DNA from: an uncultured Clostridia bacterium
GTDB taxonomy: Bacteria; Bacillota; Clostridia; TANB77; CAG-508
Length of the DNA stretch: 63,412 nucleotides
Direction: 5' to 3'
Assembly (NCBI GenBank): GCA_944388775.1
Contig: CALXKC010000002.1
Span: 1-63,412 of the forward strand
Shown here: positions 17,601 through 26,700 of the stretch, one piece after another
How positions within the stretch are numbered: the stretch's first letter is position 1
Layout of the letters: each line of letters begins with the position of its first letter
The notes under the pieces: model-generated
Told to the model about the DNA's origin: nothing
Databases searched by the model: none
Seen by the model: only the letters and a program-made list of their open reading frames with translations
Translations under genes and position numbers: made by a program

Positions 17601-19447
17601 TTTCAGATGAAGAACAAACAGATGTAAAAGTACATACAAATTTCTCTAACAATCTAGAACCACAAAGAGTAACTTTAATTTCTGGAATGGGTGAAGAAAA
17701 TGAAGAAATTTATAGAGTAGGGGTAGATGAAGATACATCAAGTTCATATACTCAAAATGATGAAGAGATAACAGAAACAGTTGATGATGGTATTACATCA
17801 GAAGATTTAGAATATAGTGATGAAATGAATATAGGAACAATAGCAGCAGGAGAAACAAAAGTATTGAGTTATGACATGTTAATAACTAAAACAGAAGAAA
17901 ATGCAATTAATTTCTCAGTTGTAGTAGATGATGGTGAAAAAGAATATAACTCAAATGCATTATCAGATGAGGTAAAAGACTTTGCTATTGATTTAAGTAT
18001 GGAAGATAAAACAGGAACACAAAATGTAAAATCAGGAGATGTAATAACTTATAGTATTAAAGTTAAAAATGAGACAAATACACAAACTAAAGACTTAATA
18101 ATAAGAGATAATATTCCAACTCAATTAACAATTCAAAGAATTTTAATAAATGGAGAAGAATATGAAATCTCTGATACAAATAATTTAGAAATACCTATTG
18201 ATATAGAGGCAAATGGAGAAACTGAAATTGAAATACAAGCAGTAGTTAATTATTCAGAAGGAAGAGTACAATCAGAAGCAATTACAAATGTAGCCACTGC
18301 TGAAGTATATGGAGAAACAATAGCAACTACGTCAGAAATTACACATATTATTTTGGCAAATGATAATTCAGGAGAAGGCGGAAGCGGAAATGGTCAAAAT
18401 GATGTAGAAGATAATGATGTAGCAACAGGAACTAGCACAATATCTGGACTTGCTTGGTACGATGAAAATGGCAATGGTAGAAAAGATGATTCAGAACAGT
18501 TATTACGTGGAATAAAAGTAAAATTATTAAATGTTGAGACAAATAATATAGTAAAAGATACTTCAGGAAACGAATTAGAAGCTACAACAAATGAAAATGG
18601 TGTATATGTACTAGATAAAATAGGAAACGGTAGATATATAGCAATATTTGAATATGACAATTCTCAATATACTTTAACAAGATATAAAGCAACTGATGTA
18701 CCTGAAAACCAAAATTCAGATGTTTTAATGAATAATTTAACAATAAATGGTGAAAATGAACAAGTTGCTTCAACAGATATTTTAGAAATAAATAATGATA
18801 ATATTTCAAATATTAACATTGGTTTAGCTTTATTACAAAATTATGATTTAAAACTAGATAAATATGTAAGTAGAATAGTTATGCAAAATAGCAGTGGAAC
18901 AACAGTTAGAGAATATCAAGATGAAACAATGGCTAAAGCAGAGTTAGATGCAAAACAAATAAATGGAACAACAGTTATAGTAGAGTATCAGATTAAAGTA
19001 ACAAATGTTGGAGAAGTAACGGGATATGTTAGAAAAATAGCAGATTATATACCAAGTGATATGACATTTAATTCAGAACTTAATAAAGACTGGTATCAAA
19101 CAGGAGATACAGTATATACATCAATTTTATCTAATGAACCAATAGCAGCAGGAGAAACAAAGACAGTTACTTTAACATTAGTAAAAACAATGACAGAGAA
19201 TAGTACAGGACGTATGAACAATAGGGCAGAAATTGCAGAGGATTATAATGATTTAGGACTTTCAGATATTAATTCTACACCAGGAAATCAAGTGTCAGGT
19301 GAAAATGACATGGGAAGTGCAGATGTTATTCTAAGTATTAGAACAGGTGGAGCTTTATATATAAGTATTGCTGTTGCAATTTTAGTAATACTAGTAATTA
19401 CAGGATTTGTGATTTGGAAAAAAAGAAATCACATTAAAGAAATATAA
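14612..19447 (+). CDS. giant surface protein A (DUF11/CARDB-like repeats plus an SdrD-B-like module, SIRTG-TM C-terminus)
   Basis: 1611 aa with an AAGGAGG RBS and a signal peptide (..LISYA/ANA). DUF11-like repeats are readable (GEVIQYNIEVSNTGSENIDNIEV, SGDVITYSIKVKNETN). An SdrD-B-like module is present (ISGLAWYDENGNGRKDDSEQLLRGIKVKL). The C-terminus is SIRTG, a TM helix, then KKRNHIKEI. Confidence 0.85.
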   Translation: MKNKILKIATIIVLIMTLTLTNFLFVGSSLISYAANALETNHKNVEFNAYFTNANNQEISSVDMSSEEDIYLNMQIEVKNEGYFNGKITIGDSNFTLKSTDSNYVNNIEGNVITLNQINANTKAEIKVNVELNKDEIFNLENLSKTNIIKLEGKYYDSTEKDINIEAERDLKLDLIENYTSDNISDSIELITNKITSVDGKEKRVIQLLWNVGLKENNYPMKELETNITVPTIDGKRAEVTKVVDFNEMTYYDYTYDGSNVTFKFTNKPSNNNEIRWKLDGTEKIVLTYIYDSDVEINSQEIVAEQKIKLYDDKELSYTQNLILDNEEKDNIVTITSVPEQQSIYKGKLYAGLEKEYVIDTSININFAKAIIGGITLQESTNQNIIKDVYTKTVISKDEFDKLFGQTGKITIYDENSQVIGTITNSTPIDENRNIVITYSTEPTAIRLETSIPIAEGTLEIKNYKKLISNSSSNIVELGQIGYVTEVGYNNNKIGQVENSIDLQETTTQSKFEIDKSTLSTIADNSVEMRATLLTNNEQYDLYQNPVFRFELPEQVENIQITGVELLYENELRVANYTVDGRNIIVTLEGKQTDYKDTAVEGAVLVINANVTMNKKAPTTDTAITMYYENENAHSYVDGTSIGSETQDIKIVAPKDLTIINSIPEISLETTGQDENASVNLITQDVPKQLEIHSEIINTTESRMNNVRILGTLLTDSSKNNLGIQIVDGLQISNRADITIYYTENENATNDLNSVDNGWSKEFTQNAKKYLVIIDQLETGESIEISYNVQIPETLEYNKKAEEYYSVSYVSGETSVENTLSSSIITLETGIGPKLEAKLSATIGGKEITQNVKNGEVIQYNIEVSNTGSENIDNIEVIGQVPDGTTMVVPEEDYEYTGASYYEELQDREYKTTIENIEPGDVKTVTYEVRVNSDTPEGTKLENKLQVAFNGVTSETEAHVLTTEKGNLRVTVKRVTDRSVDLYTAGVVQYFAIIENISDEEQTDVKVHTNFSNNLEPQRVTLISGMGEENEEIYRVGVDEDTSSSYTQNDEEITETVDDGITSEDLEYSDEMNIGTIAAGETKVLSYDMLITKTEENAINFSVVVDDGEKEYNSNALSDEVKDFAIDLSMEDKTGTQNVKSGDVITYSIKVKNETNTQTKDLIIRDNIPTQLTIQRILINGEEYEISDTNNLEIPIDIEANGETEIEIQAVVNYSEGRVQSEAITNVATAEVYGETIATTSEITHIILANDNSGEGGSGNGQNDVEDNDVATGTSTISGLAWYDENGNGRKDDSEQLLRGIKVKLLNVETNNIVKDTSGNELEATTNENGVYVLDKIGNGRYIAIFEYDNSQYTLTRYKATDVPENQNSDVLMNNLTINGENEQVASTDILEINNDNISNINIGLALLQNYDLKLDKYVSRIVMQNSSGTTVREYQDETMAKAELDAKQINGTTVIVEYQIKVTNVGEVTGYVRKIADYIPSDMTFNSELNKDWYQTGDTVYTSILSNEPIAAGETKTVTLTLVKTMTENSTGRMNNRAEIAEDYNDLGLSDINSTPGNQVSGENDMGSADVILSIRTGGALYISIAVAILVILVITGFVIWKKRNHIKEI

Positions 19448-19468
19448 TGGGAAAGGAGGAAGAGAGCT

Positions 19469-22400
19469 ATGAATAGAATGATTAACAAAACTAAAAAGAT
19501 AGTTTTAACAATAATAGCAATGGTCTTTGGAGTATTAAGCTTTACTACTGTAAGTTCAGCATATTATGTGGGACAACAACTAAATATTACCTATTCACAG
19601 TATGCAAGTAATTCTAGTATATATTGTGTTGAGCATGGCCAAGCATTAAGAGGTAGTGTAGCATATAGAATTATTTCTGAAGTTGATATAAATGGTAAGA
19701 CATCAACAGACTATACAGGAAAACAAATTACACATGATGATAATGCAAAACTTGCATATATATTATCAGCAGATAACGGAAGTAATAAAGATAGTGGACC
19801 AGTTGCAAATGGTATATGGAATTTCATGTATACTTGGATGCAAAGTGTAGGTCAATATCATGCAGGATTGTATAATGGATTTGTTAGTAACAGTAAAGGA
19901 AATAATAGTCATTTGAATTCAGAAGCAAATGATTATGCTAATAATTTAGGTAGTGCTCAAATATCTGATAATACAAATAAAAATAACATTCAGGTAAAAG
20001 CTTATCAAAGAAATGGACAAGATTATTTAAGAATAGGACCATTTAATTGGACTTTCTCTGGAACTATTACAGGAGTTACAGCTCTTGACCAAAATAGTAA
20101 TAATATAAGTGGAATGATATATAGTAGTTTCAATGGAAATAGTGAATATTGGTATAATGCAAGTGAAATAAAATCAGGAAGAGATTTTTATATATCAATT
20201 CCAGCAGATGGGAATGTTACACGAATAACTCAAATTTCAGCAACTGCTAGTATAGATGTTAAAGGTGTAAAAATATGGTTTTTAGAAGCAAAAAATGGGT
20301 ATATGCAAAACTTAATAATTAGAGAACCACATACAGGAAAAGATGAAATTACAACACCATTTGATTATGATATACCTATTCAAGGAAACTTAAGAGTAAT
20401 AAAGGTAAATGAAGATAACCATGAAATTAGATTACAAGGTGTTGGTTTTTATATCCAACATAAGCAAACTGGAAAATATGTACATCAAGATGCAAATGGA
20501 AATATTTCATATGTAGATTCAAGAGAACAGGCAACAGAATTTGTAACAGATTCTAATGGAGAAATTCTAATTAAAAATTTAATTGTTGGTACATATGTAG
20601 CATATGAAACTAAAAATCCTAATTATGGATATGAAATTGTAACAGATGGACAAGAACAGGATATTGTAGTTGACAAAACAACAGATTTTATTATTGGAAA
20701 TAAGCAAATATATGTAAAATTATCTGGATTTGTATGGGTGGATAAACAAGATCAAAAACAATGGATAAGAAATGACTTATATCATGATGATGAATTTGAT
20801 ATAAATGATATTTTATTAAATGGTATAACTGTACGACTAAAAGATAGAACAACAGGTGAAACTGTAAAAGAAATGGTAACAGGAGAAAATTCAGATTTAG
20901 GTGATGGACAATATTTATTTACAGATGTGTTGATTGAAAAATTATCTGATTACTACATTGAATTTGAATATGATGGATTAACATATACAAATGTAACACC
21001 ACACTTATATGATAATAATGGAAATGATTTACCAAATGGTTCTAAATCGGCAGAAAGTGCAGAAGAAAGAGATACATTTAATAAAGGATTTAGTGTAGTA
21101 GAAGGAAGAACACAAACAACAGGATTTACTAGGGATGAAAACGGAAATGAAAGACATCAATTATCATACAACTTTGATGCACTAGAACATAAATCAACAT
21201 TGATTAATAATGGACAATATCCAATAACAGCTAATACTGATGTTACAGAATATATAATTAGAGAACACTTTACATATGGACAAGAAGAAATTAAATATAT
21301 TAACTTAGGATTATATGAAAGAGAACAACCAGATTTAGCAATTGCCAAGGATATTGAAAATGTAAGAGTTACAGTAAATGGATATGAACATACATATGAA
21401 TATGCACAAAGATTTAATCACCCAGAAAATTATGGTGGGGATGGATTTAATGTAGGTGTTAAATTTGGTGAAAAATATGCAGCTGAACCATATAAAAGAG
21501 CAATCTATGAAGCTGATTATGAATATATAAATGAAAATGACCCAAGTAAAGAACTAAAAGTATATATTACATATAAAATAGCAATGAGAAACCAATCAAC
21601 AAATTTAATAGCTCAAATAAATAATATTGTAGATTACTATGATAGTAGATATACTATTATAGGAGTAGGTACAGGTGTAGATGAAAGAGGCAATGTAACT
21701 GGTGGACTTGAATATACAGATGGAACTTATAGTGATAATTATAAGAGAGTTATAATTAATAATAATACTAGAATAGATCCATTAACAAGTACATTAGATT
21801 CAAATGAAGGAAATGTATATGTGCAATTTGAATTAAATAGAGAAGCTGTGATAAATGTACTAAATGGACAAGAAACTTTAGACAATGTAGTTGAAATTAA
21901 TTCATATTCAATATTTGATAGCAGCGAAAATGTATATGCAGGTATAGATAAAGATTCTAATCCAGGTAGTAGCAATCCTGAAGATGAAACAACATTTGAA
22001 GATGATACAGATGCAGCATTATCTCTACAATTAGAAGTAGCAGATGCAAGAGAAATGACAGGTAAAGTATTTGAAGATGAACCAGTAGCAGAAAGTGGAG
22101 AAGATGTATCTGGAGTTATGACAGGAAAAGTAAGACAAGGTAGTGGAATTTACGAAGATGGTGAAACTGGAATTGGAGGCGTAGAAGTTACATTAACAGA
22201 AAATACAGGAAGCGGAAAAGTATATAATGCAACAACAGATGTAAATGGTGATTTCTATATAAGTGGATATATACCAGGAGACTATACATTAACATATACT
22301 TGGGGAGATCAAACTTATACAGTACAAAACTATAAAGGTACAGTGTATAATACTGATAGAGATCAAACTAATAAAGAATGGTATAAAGAAAATGTAGATA

Positions 22401-23437
22401 CACGTTATACAGATGCTTTAGATGATTATGAATTAAGACAAGCAATAGATGCAGAATTAATACATATAGAAAATAGTACACAAACGACAATTGACAAAAT
22501 GAATTCAACAACTCCAACTATGGGAATAGGTGTGGAATATGACACAACAACAACTGCGTCAACAGGAGATAGATACACATATCAAATAAGAAACATAGAC
22601 TTTGGTATTATAGAAAGAGCTAAACAAGATATATCAATAAATAAAAGAGTAAAAACATTAAAAGTTACATTAGCTAATGGACAAGTAGTAAATAATATTA
22701 CAATAGAAGATGATGGAAGCATAACAGGAGATAAAAGTAATATTACTTATATGCCACCATCAGACATGACACAACCTGCTAATGGATTTATAAGAGTAGA
22801 GCTAGATAATGAAATAATGCAAGGGGCAACATTAGAAGTAGGATATGAATTTGTAGTGACAAATAATAGTGAATTAGATTACTTATCTGAAAACTTCTAT
22901 AAATATGGAATTATAGAAGGAAATGTAGTAACAATTAGAGCAACAGGAATTATAGATTATCTAGACAATGATTGGGCATTTGATAGTAATATTAATACAC
23001 AATGGCAAATAAAAACACTAGATGAAGTAAAAGCCTTATTACAAGAAGAAGTTTATCAAACAGAAACTTCAACAATAAATGACAAAACAATTCTTTATAC
23101 AGATACTTTAAAAGACAAGCCAATAGAACCTACAAAATTTGAAAGTGTGATGTTAAATGTATCAAAAATTTTAACAACAAGTGAGGACATATCTTTAGAT
23201 AATGAAACTGAAATTGTAGAAGTAGACAAAACAGGAGGATCAGATTTAGTATCTACACCAGGTAACTATATACCAGGTACAGGCCATACAGAATCAGATG
23301 ATGATATGGCAGAAACGGTTATAGTTACACCAGCAACAGGAGATAACTTAGCATACATTGTACCAGTTACAATAGGAATAATTGCATTATTAGTAATAGG
23401 TGGATGTGTTGTAATAATAAAGAAAAAAGTTTTATAA
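19469..23437 (+). CDS. giant surface protein B (Cys-containing N-domain, Cna-B/SdrD-B-like modules, TPATG sorting-like signal)
   Basis: 1322 aa with an AAAGGAGG RBS and a signal peptide (..TVSSA/YY). It has the IYCVEHGQ motif and a Cna-B-like module (LRVIKVNED..GVGFYI...NGEILIKNLIVGTYVAYE). SdrD-B-like modules are also present. The C-terminus is TPATG, a TM helix, then KKKVL. Confidence 0.85.
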   Translation: MNRMINKTKKIVLTIIAMVFGVLSFTTVSSAYYVGQQLNITYSQYASNSSIYCVEHGQALRGSVAYRIISEVDINGKTSTDYTGKQITHDDNAKLAYILSADNGSNKDSGPVANGIWNFMYTWMQSVGQYHAGLYNGFVSNSKGNNSHLNSEANDYANNLGSAQISDNTNKNNIQVKAYQRNGQDYLRIGPFNWTFSGTITGVTALDQNSNNISGMIYSSFNGNSEYWYNASEIKSGRDFYISIPADGNVTRITQISATASIDVKGVKIWFLEAKNGYMQNLIIREPHTGKDEITTPFDYDIPIQGNLRVIKVNEDNHEIRLQGVGFYIQHKQTGKYVHQDANGNISYVDSREQATEFVTDSNGEILIKNLIVGTYVAYETKNPNYGYEIVTDGQEQDIVVDKTTDFIIGNKQIYVKLSGFVWVDKQDQKQWIRNDLYHDDEFDINDILLNGITVRLKDRTTGETVKEMVTGENSDLGDGQYLFTDVLIEKLSDYYIEFEYDGLTYTNVTPHLYDNNGNDLPNGSKSAESAEERDTFNKGFSVVEGRTQTTGFTRDENGNERHQLSYNFDALEHKSTLINNGQYPITANTDVTEYIIREHFTYGQEEIKYINLGLYEREQPDLAIAKDIENVRVTVNGYEHTYEYAQRFNHPENYGGDGFNVGVKFGEKYAAEPYKRAIYEADYEYINENDPSKELKVYITYKIAMRNQSTNLIAQINNIVDYYDSRYTIIGVGTGVDERGNVTGGLEYTDGTYSDNYKRVIINNNTRIDPLTSTLDSNEGNVYVQFELNREAVINVLNGQETLDNVVEINSYSIFDSSENVYAGIDKDSNPGSSNPEDETTFEDDTDAALSLQLEVADAREMTGKVFEDEPVAESGEDVSGVMTGKVRQGSGIYEDGETGIGGVEVTLTENTGSGKVYNATTDVNGDFYISGYIPGDYTLTYTWGDQTYTVQNYKGTVYNTDRDQTNKEWYKENVDTRYTDALDDYELRQAIDAELIHIENSTQTTIDKMNSTTPTMGIGVEYDTTTTASTGDRYTYQIRNIDFGIIERAKQDISINKRVKTLKVTLANGQVVNNITIEDDGSITGDKSNITYMPPSDMTQPANGFIRVELDNEIMQGATLEVGYEFVVTNNSELDYLSENFYKYGIIEGNVVTIRATGIIDYLDNDWAFDSNINTQWQIKTLDEVKALLQEEVYQTETSTINDKTILYTDTLKDKPIEPTKFESVMLNVSKILTTSEDISLDNETEIVEVDKTGGSDLVSTPGNYIPGTGHTESDDDMAETVIVTPATGDNLAYIVPVTIGIIALLVIGGCVVIIKKKVL

Positions 23438-23469
23438 AGTAGAACTATAAGGATTGTATAAAATTAGAA

Positions 23470-23509
23470 AACCTTTTTATGATGAAAAGCATCATAAAAA
23501 GGTTTTTTT
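23470..23509 (+). terminator. Rho-independent terminator after gene B
   Basis: 15-bp stem aacctttttatgatg / catcataaaaaggtt followed by a T7 run. Confidence 0.85.
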
Positions 23510-23774
23510 GCATCTAAGAAATTTTGAATTCCATAGATATAAAAAATATATTACACACTTACGCAAATAAGAAATAGCTAGAAAAAACTATAAAAAAATC
23601 GAAAAATGTAATCAAAATGAAATAGAAATATAATAATTTTGTATAAATTTAAAAAATTGAGTATCCCTAATACAAAATCAATGCAAAGAAAAAATAGGAA
23701 AAAGAACATATTGTAATGACTTGAAAAAAATATTATTATAGATATAGAAAGAATAAAAGGAGGCATAATATAGG

Positions 23775-26700
23775 ATGAAAAATATTGGTATTACGAAAAA
23801 AATACTTCTATCTATATTTGTATTAATATCAATAGTATTGATATTTGTATTTATGGTTAAAAACAGAGTTATAGCAATAGAAGAAAACAATGATGTTTTA
23901 CAAGCACTAGATATAAAAATAAATCAAGATGTAGAAAAATATTTTTATATTAGTGATAATGAAACTATTCTACAACAAGTTATTAATGTAGATATAAATA
24001 ATTTAGATTCTAATAACTTGGAAAGTATTAATTTAGAAAATGGAAGTTTGCAAATTAAATCGCCTATTATACAAAATAAGGTAGCTGGTTTTGCTACTAT
24101 TTTATGTGATGGACAAAAATTAGGTGAAGAAAATTATAAATATGACAATCAAACAGGAATAGTAAGTATTAATAATTTACAAATGACAGATATAAATAAG
24201 AAGTATAAAATTATATATGGCTATACTAATTTAAATAGAGAAGAAACACAGAAAATAGAGCTAAATTCTACTTTGACAATGAAACAAGTAGGTATGGAAG
24301 AAAAAACAGTTGAAGATAAAAAAGAAATAGATCTTGTAGAAAAAGGTAATGACGTATCTTTAGATGCAAGGATTACAGATGAGATATATAAAGGATATTT
24401 ATACGAAAATAGTAATAAAGAAACAATTTATAATGAATTATATGAAGTAGAAATATCTAATTTAAAGAATGTTAATGATGTAAGAATATCTAGTCTTGGC
24501 GAAAAATATACATATGCTGAAAATGATAATATTGTAGAAATATCTGATATTTGTAATACACAATATAAACAAACTATATTTAAAAAAGAAAATTTAAGAC
24601 AAATGTTGGGTGATGAGGGTAAAGTAGTAATTTTAAACTCAGCAAATGAAGTAATAGCACAAGTAGATATGAATACAGAAGAACAAGAAAATGGAGAAAT
24701 AGTTGTAAACTATGACAATATTGACAAAATACAAATAGTAACAACTAAGCCAATTCAAGAGGGAGTAATATATATAAAAAATACAAAAAAAGTTAACTTT
24801 AATACAAGATTAAAAAAAGAGCAATTGGAAAGAATTGAATTTTTAGAAGAATCTATAGGAGCTAATGAAAGTGTTGATACTATAAAGATGAAGTTAACAA
24901 ATCCAAAAACACAAATATTGTTTGAAACAAACAGAGAAGAACTTTCTACAATGGCAGTTAATGAAGATTTTGAAATGAATATTACTCTAAAATCAAATGG
25001 AACAGAAGATAGGTTATTTAAAAATCCGATAATAAAAATAACTTTACCAGAAGAAGTAAAAATGGTTGAACTAAAGGAAAAAAATTTATTGTATGATAGC
25101 AATTTAGAAATAGCTAGTATAGAAATGATAAATAAAGAGCTTATAATTAGGATTAATGGTGAGCAATCAGACTATAATGAAGGAGAATTGATAGGACCAG
25201 TTGTAAAATTAAAAATGAACCTTATATTGGATAGTAAGATGCCTAGTGCTGATAAGGAATTTATAGTACAATGCTTAAATGCGAATGAGATATCAGAACA
25301 AAGAAAAAATGTGAAAATAGTATCACCAAAAGATGTAATAACAGTAAATACAATTGAAGCAGCAGGAATAGAGACAGCTGGTGAGACAAATCAAGAGACA
25401 GTAAAATTGGATATAAATTCTGAAGCAAAAGAAATGGAAGTAACATCTAGAGTAATAAATAATAAGGCAGAAACTATAAAAAATGTAAATATAATGGGAA
25501 ACATTGGAACTGACGGAACATTTTTGAAAGATGATAAAGAACTTGTTAGTAACTTAAATGTAGAAATGCAATCATTAATAAATGCTTCTAATGAAAATGT
25601 AAAAATTTATTATACAGAAAATGAAAATGCAACTGAAGATTTAAATTATGCAAATAATCAATGGCAAGAAAATGTTGAAAATGTAGAAAATATAAATAAG
25701 TATTTAATTACAATAGATCAAATGGCCGAAAATGAATATATTGATTTTTCATATAGTATGGTTGTTCCAGAAAATTTGGAATATAATCAACAAGCATATG
25801 AAGGTTATAGTGTAACATATGAAGATGAAATGCAACAAACTTCAAATGAATCAAATTCTACTTTGATAGAATTAACAACAGGGCAAGGTCCAAAGTTACA
25901 AACACAATTAAAAGCTTTTGCTGGAGCAGATGAAATAGATGAAAATTCAATTATTAGAAGTGGTGGAATAATTACTTATCAGCTAGAGTTAGAAAATGTT
26001 GGAACTGAAGATGCAAGGGATGTATTGATTAGTGCAGAAGTACCTGCTGGTACTAGTTGGTATAATGATGAAAATGATAGTAGTAATATTGTAGAAATTA
26101 CTGTTGATGAAATAAAAGTTGGAGAAAAAATAACAGAGGAATTTTTCTTAAAGGTTGATGAAAATTTAACTAATCAAAGTATAATTACAATTAAAGCCAA
26201 TGTTAATTATAACAATATAGAAGAAACGTCAAATGAAATTACTAACAATATTGCTCCTGGAAAATTAACTGCTCAATTAATGTGTGTTACAGCTGAAGAT
26301 GTAACAAAAACTGTAGGAGATATTATAGAATATAAGTTAATACTTAATAATTTAGGAAATCAAGATTTAACTGAATTAAGATTAAAATGGAATATTAGTG
26401 ATAGTTATGAAATAGTAAATCAAACTATAGATGGTAATTCTAGTGAAGTAAATGGAGAGGAAACATTAATAGATGTTTTACAAGCTAATAGTTCTATGGA
26501 AATAAGAGTATTTTTAAGAATATTAGATTTTGAAGAAAATAGTAAAATGTTAGAAGTTTCAGCACAAATACTTGATGGAAACGAATCATATACTTCTCAA
26601 GTCCATAAAATTAGGGCATATAATACAAATAATTTTGATATTGAATTATCTGCAAATAATCCAAATGGATATGTTAAAGTAGATGATGAAATTAACTATA

